A DNA stretch of 64,000 nt from Candidatus Latescibacterota bacterium (lineage in GTDB: Bacteria; Latescibacterota; UBA2968; UBA8231): the NCBI GenBank assembly GCA_965223905.1, contig CBDCXV010000001.1:1024001-1088000 (forward strand), written 5' to 3'. A program made the position numbers and the translations under genes. A model generated the notes under the pieces. The model made no database searches. It saw only the letters and a program-made list of their open reading frames with translations, and had not been told where the DNA came from. Shown in pieces: positions 53,134 to 63,977 of the stretch. Within the stretch, counting starts at the first letter, position 1, and every line of letters starts with the position of its first letter.

Positions 53134-53316
53134 CTGCGGAAGATCACCTGCGATCCGTCGATCCAGCAGGAACCAGGTACGCAGCGGCGTCTCGGGCGCG
53201 ATGGACACTGCACCCCGGAAGCGCCCCCGATCCCACATCAGGCCGCTGCTCGACCCTGTCGAGGGGCCGCCTTCATCCCGCACCCGCAGGCCTTCCCTCG
53301 CTGTGGATTCAGGAAG

Positions 53317-53607
53317 ATGACAGACTCGGATCCAACCAGCCCTGATGAAAAGAACCAGGCTCGCAAGGCCCTCAGCTCCTTCGCGCAGGCCGGGGTCTAC
53401 ATCGGATCCGGTTTCCAGTTTGCCGCCGCGATTGCCGCCGGGTTGTTCGCCGGGTGGTGGCTCGACGCCAAGCTCGGGACCTCGCCGCTGCTGCTGATCG
53501 CCGGATGTCTGGCCGGCGCCGTGTCAGGTTTCTGGTACCTCGTCCGCAGTCTCGGCGGCAGCACCGGCAATAAGGACGGATCCGGAACCGGAGGGATTTC
53601 GCGCTGA
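53317..53607 (+). CDS. AtpZ/AtpI-family small membrane protein
   Basis: GFQFAAAI..G..AGWWLDAKLGTSP motif; first gene of the atp cluster. Confidence 0.85.
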   Translation: MTDSDPTSPDEKNQARKALSSFAQAGVYIGSGFQFAAAIAAGLFAGWWLDAKLGTSPLLLIAGCLAGAVSGFWYLVRSLGGSTGNKDGSGTGGISR

Positions 53608-53918
53608 TGTGGGAGAGCGTTCTCTCCGGCCTGGGGCTCGCTGCCGGAAACGCCGCCGCCGCGTGGCTGACGATACAGTGGTCGTGGAAGCGCAGTCCGG
53701 CATTCTTCGTGCAGGCGTTCCTCGGTGGCATGGTGGCGCGCCTGCTGGCGATGGGCCTGGCGCTTGCACTGATCTTCAAGTTCTCCGCCGTGCAAAAAGC
53801 TCCCTTCGCCGCCGCTTTCGCATCCGCTTTTCTCGCCTTTCAGGTCGCGGAGATCGCTTTGGTAATTCGCAGGCGCGAAACCGAACGCTCCCATTCAGAG
53901 GGCCGCGGCGGGCCCTGA
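53607..53918 (+). CDS. atpI: ATP synthase protein I-like membrane protein
   Basis: Hydrophobic, GGMVARL motif, positioned before atpB. Confidence 0.6.
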   Translation: MWESVLSGLGLAAGNAAAAWLTIQWSWKRSPAFFVQAFLGGMVARLLAMGLALALIFKFSAVQKAPFAAAFASAFLAFQVAEIALVIRRRETERSHSEGRGGP

Positions 53919-53949
53919 TTCCCAGGGCGGAGATGGCAGCCGAAGCCAT

Positions 53950-53977
53950 TTGACAGAAGCGATGGCCCCCTTAAGTT
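53950..53977 (+). promoter_or_regulatory. Candidate internal promoter for atpB
   Basis: TTGACA, 16 bp spacer, TAAGTT. Confidence 0.45.
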
Positions 53978-54065
53978 TACCCGGCTGAATATCCCGCAGT
54001 CGAAGTTTCCGATTCGTTTTCCGCGAAAACAGTGCCGGTTCTGGTAGCCATCGAGTTGGGGTTGA

Positions 54066-54899
54066 ATGGCAAGCGATGCGAGCGCGGCTGACGCCGCGGA
54101 TGGAAAAATAGATATCATCGGGCACGTCATGGATGCCAGGCATCTGGAAGTGCCCTTCATCAATGCCCACCACATCCTCGACGGCAGAATAGAGCTCCCT
54201 CAGTTCGAACCGGTTTTCGGCATAGACTTATCCATCACCCGCCACGTCGTGGTGATGTGGGTGGCCAGCGCCCTGCTGATCGCCCTGCTCGTCAGCGCCT
54301 TCCGCAAGCCCGGACTGGTTCCCGGCGGCCTCGCCAACTTTTTCGAAGCGATCATCCTGTTCATACGCGACGAAGTCGTGCAACCGGTGATGGGGGATCA
54401 CGGCAGGCCGTTTCTGCCGTTTTTTCTGACTCTCTTTTTCTTCATCCTGTTTCTCAACCTCCTCGGGCTGATACCCTATAGCGCAACCGCTACCGGCAAC
54501 GTATCGGTCACCGCGGCCCTCGCCCTGGTAACCTTCGCCGTAACGCAAGTGGTGGGAATCGCCAACAACGGTCCCCTGGGTTACGCCAAAAGCCTGGTGC
54601 CGTCCGGCATGCCGGTCTGGCTGCTGCCGATCATGGTTCCCATCGAAGTGCTCGGGATGCTGGTCAAACCGTTCGCCCTGTGCATTCGCCTGTTCGCCAA
54701 CATGATCGCCGGGCATGTAGCCATACTGGTGTTCCTGGCGATGATCATAATGTTCAAGAGCTATTTCCTGGCGCCGGTGTCGGTGGTGTTCGCCGCTGCG
54801 ATATACCTGTTCGAGATATTCATAGCCTTCGTTCAGGCATTCATATTCACCCTGTTGTCGGCGCTGTTCATCAACATGGCCGCTCACCCCGATCACTGA
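54066..54899 (+). CDS. atpB: ATP synthase Fo subunit a
   Basis: NLLGLIP, TATGNVSVT, KPFALCIRLFANMIAGH, QAFIFTLL. Confidence 0.96.
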   Translation: MASDASAADAADGKIDIIGHVMDARHLEVPFINAHHILDGRIELPQFEPVFGIDLSITRHVVVMWVASALLIALLVSAFRKPGLVPGGLANFFEAIILFIRDEVVQPVMGDHGRPFLPFFLTLFFFILFLNLLGLIPYSATATGNVSVTAALALVTFAVTQVVGIANNGPLGYAKSLVPSGMPVWLLPIMVPIEVLGMLVKPFALCIRLFANMIAGHVAILVFLAMIIMFKSYFLAPVSVVFAAAIYLFEIFIAFVQAFIFTLLSALFINMAAHPDH

Positions 54900-54967
54900 C
54901 GGAGACCGCGGCCCCCCAAGCTGAAATGCAAGCGATGATTCAATCACATCAGGAGGAGAGCGTCTAA

Positions 54968-55186
<219 letters not shown>

Positions 55187-55344
55187 GGCTGCCTGTTCCC
55201 GCAGGAGTCCGCGGCGGACGATCGCCGGATCCGGGCCGTCGCCGGTCCCGAACCGGTCTGCGAGACTCGACCTACGCGGGACGTCGCCACGGGCCCATGG
55301 CACCTACTCGGTGCGAAACCGGACCTAACCTGTAAGAGCGGATC

Positions 55345-55857
55345 ATGTTACTGGAGCCTCACGCAGGCCTGATTGCCTGGACGATAATCACCTTCGTGGT
55401 GGTGCTGGTTGTTCTCAAGCGATTCGTGTGGACGCCCGTGCTCGAAGTCCTCGACGAGCGCCAACGGCGCATCCGCGAAGCCCTGGAGGGAGCGGAAAAG
55501 GCGCGGGATGAAGCCCGCGCCACCCTGGCCGAACACCAGAAAGCGCTCGCCGGGGCCGAATCCGAAGCCCGCGACATCGTCGCGCAGGCGCGGGAAGCAG
55601 CCGAGCGAGTGCGCTCCGACCTGATTTCCCAGGCTCGCCAGGAGGCCGAGCAGACGCTGGAGCAGGCGCGCCGGACCATAGAGAGCGAAAAGCTGGTCGC
55701 CCTGGGGGAGCTGCGCCGGGAAGTCGCCGACCTCGCGGTGCGCGCCGCCGGGGAAATCCTCGACGCCAATCTCGACGACGAGCGGAATCGCCGTCTCGTC
55801 GACGACCTGATCGCCGGTGTTCCCGAGAATCCCTCGGGAACACCGGGAAGGACCTGA
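55345..55857 (+). CDS. atpF: ATP synthase Fo subunit b
   Basis: WTIITF..LKRFVWTP..LDERQRRI followed by coiled coil. Confidence 0.95.
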   Translation: MLLEPHAGLIAWTIITFVVVLVVLKRFVWTPVLEVLDERQRRIREALEGAEKARDEARATLAEHQKALAGAESEARDIVAQAREAAERVRSDLISQARQEAEQTLEQARRTIESEKLVALGELRREVADLAVRAAGEILDANLDDERNRRLVDDLIAGVPENPSGTPGRT

Positions 55858-55882
55858 AGCAAATGCGGGGTAGTTCGCACTC

Positions 55883-56425
55883 GTGAGAGCCCAGGAGGTC
55901 GTCCGCAGGTACGCCGTAACCCTGCTTGAAGCGTCGGAAGAGAGCGGTGTCGGCGAGGCGGAGATGCGCCGGGACATGGAGGGGCTGGATGCTGCCCTGC
56001 GGAGTTCGGCGGAGCTGGTGGAGTTCCTGCGGAACCCGCTGCTTCAGCCCGAAGCCAAGCGCTCCGGTCTCGAGGCGTTGTTCGCCGGCAAGGTTCAGCC
56101 GTTGACCCTCAACTTTCTCAGGCTGCTGGTGGAGCGCCGCCGTATCGGCCTGCTGCCGGAAATCGCGAGCGGGTTTCTCGACCTCCTCGACCGGCGGTCG
56201 GGGATGGCCACGGCGCAGGTAACCTCGGCGGTGGCGTTGACCGCGGATCAGAAAGAGCGCCTGCGGACGCGGCTGGCCTCGTACACGGGACTGCGGATCC
56301 GCCTCGACACGAGCGTCGATCCCGGCCTCGGGGGAGGGCTGGTCGCCCGAGTCGACGATCTCGTGTTCGACGGCTCGGTGGAAACCCAGCTCGAGCGTCT
56401 GCGCGTACGGCTGATGGAAGCTTGA
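55883..56425 (+). CDS. atpH: ATP synthase F1 subunit delta
   Basis: RRYAVTL, NFLRLLVERRR, VDPGLGGGL, DGSV. Confidence 0.93.
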   Translation: MRAQEVVRRYAVTLLEASEESGVGEAEMRRDMEGLDAALRSSAELVEFLRNPLLQPEAKRSGLEALFAGKVQPLTLNFLRLLVERRRIGLLPEIASGFLDLLDRRSGMATAQVTSAVALTADQKERLRTRLASYTGLRIRLDTSVDPGLGGGLVARVDDLVFDGSVETQLERLRVRLMEA

Positions 56426-56481
56426 TGAAGGCAGTGGCAGCACATACCGAATTCGATACCGAGCGCAGGAGGATGTAGGCG

Positions 56482-58008
56482 ATGCCCGCAGAGGCAATGG
56501 TGCAACCTGACGAGATATCCCGGATACTCAAGCAGCAGCTGTCGGGATTCGAAAAGGAAATAGACGTTTACGAAACCGGGACGGTCCTGTACGTCGGGGA
56601 CGGGATCGCGCGCGTGCACGGATTGTCCAACGTGCGCGCTACCGAGCTCGTGGAGTTCCCGCACGGCATCATGGGCATGGCGCTCAACCTCGAGGAGGAC
56701 AACGTCGGCTGCGTGCTCTTCGGCGACGACACCCTGATAAACGAAGGGGACCGGGTGAAGCGCACCGGACGCATTGTCGAGGTGCCGGTGGGGGAAGAGC
56801 TGCTCGGGAGAGTCGTCAACCCCCTGGGGCAGCCGATCGACGGCAAGGGAGAGGTCAACGCCGGCCGTACGCTTCCCGTCGAGCGCAAGGCCCCCGGGGT
56901 CATCGAACGCCAGCCCGTCCACGAGGCTCTGCAGACCGGTATCAAGATCATCGATGCGACGGTTCCGATCGGCCGCGGACAGCGCGAGCTCATCATCGGG
57001 GATCGCCAGACCGGAAAAACGGCGATCGCCGTGGATACGATCATCAACCAGCACGACCAGGACGTGAAGTGCATCTACGTCGCCATCGGGCAGAAGGCGT
57101 CGACGGTAGCGAAGGTAGTCGCCGAACTCGAGGCCAACGGAGCCATGGAGTACACCGTCGTGGTGTCGGCGACGGCCTCGGACCCGGCGCCGCTGCAGTT
57201 CCTGGCTCCGTACGCAGGGGCCTCGATGGGGGAGTATTTCCGAGACAACGGGCGGCATGCCCTGATCATCTACGACGATCTCTCGAAACAGGCGTGGGCG
57301 TATCGAGAAATGTCCCTCGTTTTGCGGCGCCCACCGGGCCGCGAAGCCTACCCGGGGGACGTATTCTATCTGCACTCCCGGCTGCTCGAGCGCGCCGCGA
57401 AAATGAGCGATGAGAAGGGGGCCGGTTCCCTGACGGCGCTTCCGGTGATCGAGATCCTCGAGGGGGACGTTTCGACTTTCGTGCCGACAAACGTCATCTC
57501 GATCACGGACGGCCAGATCCTGCTCAAACCGGAGCTGTTCTACAGCGGCAACAGGCCGGCAATGGACGTCGGGGCCTCGGTGTCGCGCGTTGGCAGCGAC
57601 GCCCAGACGAAGGCGATGAAGGCGGTGGCGCGCTCGATCAAGGGGGACATTTCGCGATACAACGAGGTGAAGGCGTTCGCCCAGTTCGGGACCTCTGATC
57701 TCGACCAGTCGACACGCAACCTGCTCAACCGCGGCGAGAAGCTCATTGAGATCCTCAAACAGGGGCAGTACTCGCCGCAATCCCTCGAAGAGGAGACCGT
57801 GGCCCTGTCGGCCATCGATCACGTGCTCGATCTGCCGACCGCGGACGTGATGCGCTTCGAGCAGGAGCTGCTCGCCCACATGCGCGACCGCCAGCCAGAC
57901 CTGATGCGGGAAATCGGAGAAAGCCGCGATCTCGAGGACGAGACGAAGGAGAAGCTCTCCGGCGCCATCGAGGAATTCAAACGCGGCTTCCGACCCTCGG
58001 AGGGCTGA
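56482..58008 (+). CDS. atpA: ATP synthase F1 subunit alpha
   Basis: [46 protein letters not shown]. Confidence 0.97.
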   Translation: MPAEAMVQPDEISRILKQQLSGFEKEIDVYETGTVLYVGDGIARVHGLSNVRATELVEFPHGIMGMALNLEEDNVGCVLFGDDTLINEGDRVKRTGRIVEVPVGEELLGRVVNPLGQPIDGKGEVNAGRTLPVERKAPGVIERQPVHEALQTGIKIIDATVPIGRGQRELIIGDRQTGKTAIAVDTIINQHDQDVKCIYVAIGQKASTVAKVVAELEANGAMEYTVVVSATASDPAPLQFLAPYAGASMGEYFRDNGRHALIIYDDLSKQAWAYREMSLVLRRPPGREAYPGDVFYLHSRLLERAAKMSDEKGAGSLTALPVIEILEGDVSTFVPTNVISITDGQILLKPELFYSGNRPAMDVGASVSRVGSDAQTKAMKAVARSIKGDISRYNEVKAFAQFGTSDLDQSTRNLLNRGEKLIEILKQGQYSPQSLEEETVALSAIDHVLDLPTADVMRFEQELLAHMRDRQPDLMREIGESRDLEDETKEKLSGAIEEFKRGFRPSEG

Positions 58009-58111
58009 GGGCGATGGGATTCCGTGTTGCTATGGGTATCGACTTTACACTATGACTCATACTTATATAGTATGCTTATATGTCCGCCAGAATCGGAAAA
58101 AGCGAAATCGT

Positions 58112-58810
58112 ATGAAATCATTCCTGTATGTAGTTGGGTTGCTCTGTCTCCATTTCGCCACGGTACCCGTCGATGCGGAGGACTACTGGCCCCTGGAAGT
58201 AGGCAATAGATGGGTATATGAGCGCCGTCACAGTTTTATTAGATATACCGATGATGGAAACGGCGAGAGGGTAGAACTCAAGGAGGAATTCGTATTGGAG
58301 GTGCTGTCCCAGGAGGAGGTGGATGGCCAGGTCTACTCTCGCCTCAGCAACGGGCAGTTGTTGAGGAAGGACGAAGAGGGCAACATCATTAAACACCACC
58401 CCTTCAGTTCGCCAGACACGACCTTTACCGAGGTTATGATTTTTGATGTCACACACCTAGACGATCCGGATTACCGGGTCTATGGCGCTTACTGGCTATT
58501 CCCTCCAACGCCAACACTCTGCTGTACTCCCTATCCTGCGTACCGGAGTCTGACAACAGTCAGTGTACCTGCCGGATCATTCGACGCAATCTACTTCGGC
58601 GATGGAGATTTCACTGGGGGGGTAAGCATTTATTTAGCCCTTAGCGTGGGGCCAGTTCTGTCAATTCGGTCAGGGAACGCTGATGTGTTGGGGGAGGCTA
58701 GGGAAGATCTATACGAGCTACTCCGTTACCGGGTCGGAGGCGAAAGCTATCCGACAGCCGTAAGCGAGCACACCTGGGGCAAGATCAAGCGCCGCTTTCT
58801 CGTCCCATAA
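58112..58810 (+). CDS. Secreted hypothetical protein with C-terminal TAV..TWGKIK motif
   Basis: Start ATG 58112, signal peptide MKSFLYVVGLL..VDA, YWPLEVGNRWVY, TVSVPAGSF, C-terminal PTAVSEHTWGKIK. Confidence 0.75.
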   Translation: MKSFLYVVGLLCLHFATVPVDAEDYWPLEVGNRWVYERRHSFIRYTDDGNGERVELKEEFVLEVLSQEEVDGQVYSRLSNGQLLRKDEEGNIIKHHPFSSPDTTFTEVMIFDVTHLDDPDYRVYGAYWLFPPTPTLCCTPYPAYRSLTTVSVPAGSFDAIYFGDGDFTGGVSIYLALSVGPVLSIRSGNADVLGEAREDLYELLRYRVGGESYPTAVSEHTWGKIKRRFLVP

Positions 58811-59313
58811 CCCTTATTTCAGGAGAGCAAAAAAATGAATCGCCTTCGCACGATCGTGACGTGCCTCGTCACCCTGGGCACTTGCGGCACTGCATTTCCG
58901 TATTATTACGACACGGGAATCATAACCTGCGTGCAGCCGGACAGCGTGGAGTTCAGGGGACGCGAATGGGGGGATGAGCTGTCCAGCAACGGAAGAACGG
59001 AAGATGGGTATGCGTTTGTGTGGAATCGAACGGACGGTTATTACTACTACGCCAAGTTGGATAGTCTCGGTGAATTCACTTCGAGCGGTTACAAGGTCGG
59101 AGTCGATAACCCTGTCGCCAATGGCATAGTCAAGGGACTCGAGAGATCGTCGGAGCGTAAGGCTGCGATCAGAGCGTCGCGCGAGCAGTTCCTGGCGGAT
59201 AGCACCTGGACGGACAGCACCGGGACCGCCGCCGGCAAGGTCACTGCAGCTCAAGTCGCACCGCCACCGACAATAACTATCGGAATCATTCTGGTGGAAT
59301 TCGATGACGTACA

Positions 59314-60862
59314 CCCTAACGTTGCATAAATCTGTTTGAAGCGGTGGTTGTGATCAGGCGGCTTCCTTCAGGATTTCGAGGAAATGCAACAGATCTTTCT
59401 CGACTTTTGGATTGGAGTTCAGGGTCAGGGTCAACTCGCCCTTGGGCTGAGTGAGGCGCCCGGCGCGTTGAATGAAGCGATGACGCAGCGTGTCCAAGGT
59501 TTGGAAGGTCCACGCCGCCGGCCGTTTGGCGCGCGAATAGTTCGATCGCGGCTGCGCCAGCATCTGCATTTCGCGTCCCAGATTGTGGGCCATCATCGCA
59601 CACAAAGTAACCATCTGGTTGCCGAGCAACCGTCGGGTGGGGATCAGATCCAGCCCGGCCTGTTGCTTGGCCTCGGCGAAGATCCCTTCCTGGGCGCCGC
59701 GGCCATAGTGGAAGAGGAGCACGCTGCGTGGCGAGTTCATCTTGTTGGTAACCACAACGCGGTACTCGTGATCGATGTGCCGGGGTTCGAACAGATCCAG
59801 TTGCAGCGCTTGCTTGGTCTGACGCGGCACCGCACGGCGCACAAACAGAAACCGGTAGCAGGCCGGCCAGCTTTCCGGTTTCCAGTCACTCTCGAAATAG
59901 GAGCAGTGCTCATCGAGGTAGCGCCAGCGCTGGCGCGCTTCGATCTGGTCCTTGAGTACGGGAAAGCGTTCGAAAGGGACACTGATCGTGCATCCGACGC
60001 CATACAGGTCCATGAGAGTGAGCGTGTTTTGGCTGAAGAAGGCGCTGTCCAGTCGCGACTCGAGCACGGTGGGCGCCAAGGCGTCGCGCACGCGATCGAA
60101 GGCGTCCATCATGAACGCATGGGCGTCCTTGCTGTCATGGACGTTGCCGGGCCGGTGAAGGACATCCAGAAACTGTCCGGTTTGCGCCACCGTGCAGAAC
60201 AGGTTGTAGTAGCTGCGCGCCCCCTTCTTTTTCGGATTATAGCCAACGGCGGTCCCTTCGGCATGACCACAGGTGGAGATCACCGAGCCGTCGAAGTCGA
60301 GAGTCAGACGGGGGAAGCGCTCACGCTGGAGCGCTTGCATGACCAGGGTCGAAGACAGGTGTCGCACTTTTGCGATACTTGAATGGCCCATTTTTGCCAG
60401 CGCGCGACTGAGGGTGGCCACATCCGGCAGGCGACGTAAGCCCAACAAACGCAGGACCACCGGATCGTCCCGGTAATAGTCCACGTCCCGCAGCCGCCGG
60501 AAGCCCAGCAACAGATGCACGATGAGCAACAACACAATGACATGGGGAGCAAAGGTCGCTGCGCTTTTGGCGGGGAAGCAGGACTTCAGTCGAGTCTTTA
60601 GATCCAAGCGCCGAAAGAGCAGTTGAAAAACGATCACTCCCGCAAAGGAAGTAAGCCGTTGATCTTCGAAGCGAAGACGCGGGAGCTTGTGAAAACGGGC
60701 CAAAATGTCTTGTTTTCTGAACCTCACTTGCGGTGTCCTCCTGGAAGGGGTCGATACAGGTCATGGGTGACCGTATCAAATACCCCCTTTTTCAGAGGGC
60801 GCCGCAAGTGACAAGGTGCACTCCGGAGAAGAAAAAAGCCCTGTTTTTATGCAACCAGAGGG
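59314..60862 (-). mobile_element. IS1380-family insertion sequence, copy 2
   Basis: Same IRs and 1549-bp length as copy 1. TSD TACA at 59310-59313 and 60863-60866. Confidence 0.93.
59354..60727 (-). CDS. IS1380-family DDE transposase
   Basis: 457-aa translation identical to 23689-25062. Confidence 0.9.
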   Translation of the reverse strand: MRFRKQDILARFHKLPRLRFEDQRLTSFAGVIVFQLLFRRLDLKTRLKSCFPAKSAATFAPHVIVLLLIVHLLLGFRRLRDVDYYRDDPVVLRLLGLRRLPDVATLSRALAKMGHSSIAKVRHLSSTLVMQALQRERFPRLTLDFDGSVISTCGHAEGTAVGYNPKKKGARSYYNLFCTVAQTGQFLDVLHRPGNVHDSKDAHAFMMDAFDRVRDALAPTVLESRLDSAFFSQNTLTLMDLYGVGCTISVPFERFPVLKDQIEARQRWRYLDEHCSYFESDWKPESWPACYRFLFVRRAVPRQTKQALQLDLFEPRHIDHEYRVVVTNKMNSPRSVLLFHYGRGAQEGIFAEAKQQAGLDLIPTRRLLGNQMVTLCAMMAHNLGREMQMLAQPRSNYSRAKRPAAWTFQTLDTLRHRFIQRAGRLTQPKGELTLTLNSNPKVEKDLLHFLEILKEAA

Positions 60863-63048
60863 TACATTGGTCTTCCTCCTACACCGAGAGCGACTTCGAG
60901 GACATGTTTTTCGGCTCGAGCTACACCGGTACCGATTCCCATCCCGACGGCGAGACCACCTACGGCAGTGTATGGGCGTACTACGACCGGATGTCCGGCG
61001 GCAATCTGGATATCACGGATAGTTCCGTGGGTAGCGGGCCTGCAGGGGGTGTGCTCAACACTGTCTCTGCAGATGGAGTGCCCACGTGGATCAGGCTTGC
61101 AGGCAACAAGGCAGACTATCATCTAGGCACAAAGCGGAATTTCCAAACGGCGGCACTCAACGCCGCGGCCGCGGCCGGAATCGACACGGGTGCCACTCGC
61201 ACGTACCGGCTTGTCATCATTTATGCGGGCAATCTGTATGATTCATTCTATCAGAATGGAAGCTGTGGGGGTGATCGATTTGGCTGCGGACTCACACCCC
61301 ACGCCCGCCAAGGGCGTAATGTGTATATCATGAGCGAGGAGACTGACAGCGACCATACCACCTATTGCCGTAACCACGAAAATTGCGGCCAAGTCTTCTC
61401 TCATATCGGAAACCACGTACATGAGATAGGGCATATGTTCGGTCTTCGGCATCCACATGAAAATCCAGCAGGAACGGCAGATGTCAGGCGATGGTCCGTA
61501 ATGCAGGGCGGTAGCGTTAATGGCCCCAATCTCGGTAGCTCCCCTATAGCTTTGAGTCCAGAGGAAATGAGGGATTTGGGATTCGCCAATTTTACCCTGC
61601 TTTCAGGCCGCAGGGATGCCCTGAATGTCGAGACGGGCGTCTACTATCAAGTTGATTACGGAACAGGCCGTTTCGTCATTGAGCACAGGAATGGCGGCGG
61701 TCCCTTCAACAACTATCTCGAAAGACACTTGTGGAACGGATCAGGACTTCTGCTTTGGTACACAGATGTTACACCGGGCGTGGATGACACCCAGAACCAG
61801 GATATTCTTGAGGCAGACGGAACTAATGACGACACCGGTATGATGGGCGACCTGTTTCCCGGCGCGAACAACGTCACCTCCTTCAATGACGACACTACGC
61901 CCGAGCCCAGCGATGCGACAGGAATCGCCGCAGGCACCACGACCCATTTTGCACTGGCAAATATTGTCAACAACGGAACTTCGACTACCGTTGATGTATT
62001 CGACAACCATTACTCCGATACTCCGGTAGTCATCGATGTAAACATCGCAGAAGCCAGAAAGCAGAGCGTCAACTTTACGTGGGCTGCCCATGCCGACAAT
62101 CCTACGCATTACATCTACTACGGAACACAGCCCAATACATACGGTCGTCTGAAGATCGTTTCGAGCGGCAACACTTCCGATCTTCTTTCTTCCTTAGCCA
62201 ATGGAACACGTTTCTTTGCCAAGATAAATTCCTCTGAGGAAGTTTCGAACATAGCCCATTCATGTCGTTCGGACTACGATAATGATGGCGGTACGATCGA
62301 TTTTTCCGACTTCTTTCTCATGGCAGACCATGCCAACATGGCGGTTACATCCGATGATTTGCAAAGGTACGATTTATCCGGGAATGGGTTCATCGACCAA
62401 GATTCGGATGTGACCCCATTTTTCACCCCTGATTTTGGGCAGGACTGTTCCGCCATCCCCAAGGTGGTTAACTCGGATATATTACCTCCCGGGAAGAATT
62501 CCAATGCCCAGCCCGTCGTTTCTACCGTGACCGACGAAGGAAGAGTTGATGTTGACTTGAAAATTGCCGGCGCTACGGAATTGAGGGGCTACGGATTCGT
62601 CATAGAGTACGATACCACAATCGTCTCCTTTCTCGGTGCCTCCGGATCAGAAGGGATACTCCAACAGCGGGGGGATGACGCAGTAATCAAACTGGTCAAA
62701 AATGAACCCGGCCGCTTGATGGTTGGAGCTGCCTTGACGCCCGGATTTGAGAACGTCGATGGATCCGGTTTGCTATCCAAGGTACAGTTCACGGCCGAAA
62801 TTTCTCCAAGCAGGACATTACCTGTCTCCGTTTCTGAACTTGTAGTTGCAGATGGCGACGGCAACATCAACCACTTGTATGAGGCCCGTACGGACGAAGG
62901 GCTGACCGGGGAAAAAAATGTCCCAGGTGGGATACTTTTTGGAGCTTCACCCAAATTTACGCTGGTACGCTGATACAACTTGGTCTGCATCCACAGCAGG
63001 CGGCTCTACCTTCCAAAGTCCGCGGCTTCTGAGGGCGAAGACTGATCG

Positions 63049-63924
63049 ATGGCTACCCTGCGCGAGCTTCGCACCCGCGTTGCCAGCATCTCCAACATTC
63101 AGCGCGTCACCAATGCGATGCAGATGGTGGCGGCGGCGAAGATGCGGCGCGCCCAGGATGCCATCCTGGCGGCGAGACCGTATGCCGTCCAGCTCGACCT
63201 CGTCCTGCGGCGCCTGCAGGGGAGCGTCGACACCTCCCAGCATCCACTGCTTGCCGAGAGCAAGGGGGAGCGTGGGCTTCTCGTCGTGGTCACCGCGGAC
63301 CGCGGACTGTGCGGAGGTTTCAACGGCAACATCTGCCGGCGCGCACAGAGCGAGCTTCAGCAGGCGGGCCCCGATTCCGTGCAACTGGTGACCATCGGCC
63401 GCAAGGGGCGCGATTTTTTCCGCAATCGCGGCATCGAAATAGCCCTCGACCATCCCGACCTGTTCCGCGCCCTCGACTACGCGCAGGCAGTCGCGATCGG
63501 CCAGGATCTGATGCGGCGGTTTCGCGAGGGCGAGGTCGACCGCGTGTCGCTGGTGTTCAGCGAGTTCCGTTCGGTGTCGCAACAGGTCCCCGTCGTGGCC
63601 CAGCTGCTGCCGATAGTTCCCGGAGAGGAAGGGCAGGCCGGCGGGGATGGCGAGGATTCGAATCCGAATTACCTGTTCGAGCCGGAGCCGGACATCCTGC
63701 TCGAACAGCTTGTTCCGCGCCAGGTCAACGTGCAGGTCTGGCGCGCCCTGCTCGAATCGAACGCCGGTTTCTATGCCGCGCAGATGACGGCGATGGACAA
63801 CGCCACGAAGAACGCCGGCGAGATCATTGAAGAGCTGACGCGCGAGATGAACAAGGAGCGCCAGGCCTCCATCACACTCGAGCTGATGGATATCGTGGGA
63901 GGCGCCGAGGCAGTAGCGCAGTAG
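63049..63924 (+). CDS. atpG: ATP synthase F1 subunit gamma
   Basis: VTNAMQMVAAAK, TADRGLCGGFN, MTAMDNATKNA, RQASITLEL. Confidence 0.97.
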   Translation: MATLRELRTRVASISNIQRVTNAMQMVAAAKMRRAQDAILAARPYAVQLDLVLRRLQGSVDTSQHPLLAESKGERGLLVVVTADRGLCGGFNGNICRRAQSELQQAGPDSVQLVTIGRKGRDFFRNRGIEIALDHPDLFRALDYAQAVAIGQDLMRRFREGEVDRVSLVFSEFRSVSQQVPVVAQLLPIVPGEEGQAGGDGEDSNPNYLFEPEPDILLEQLVPRQVNVQVWRALLESNAGFYAAQMTAMDNATKNAGEIIEELTREMNKERQASITLELMDIVGGAEAVAQ

Positions 63925-63977
63925 CGGGTTCAGAACAGCGGGATTTACGAGAGCCTGGGAGAGAGGTGGGTTCGGTC

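Larger units (their letters stand above)
58835..62973 (+). pseudogene. M6-family (immune inhibitor A-like) metalloprotease with dockerin-like and cohesin-like C-terminal modules, IS-interrupted
   Basis: QPD..F..WGDE..TEDGY prodomain, ILVEFDD|IS|, HEIGHMFGL, WSVMQGG, GLLLWY, EADG, DLFPG. Removing the IS plus one TSD restores an 861-aa frame. Confidence 0.85.
58005..63038. mobile_element. Lower-GC cassette inserted between atpA and atpG
   Basis: Flanked by direct repeat CTGAGGGCGA (58005-58014, 63029-63038). Visibly more AT-rich than its flanks; interrupts the normal atpA-atpG adjacency. Confidence 0.7.

Noticed and set aside
58053-58080. dif/XerCD site at the cassette edge
   Set aside because: CATA-TATG spacing is 9 nt rather than 8, and the XerD arm matches poorly.
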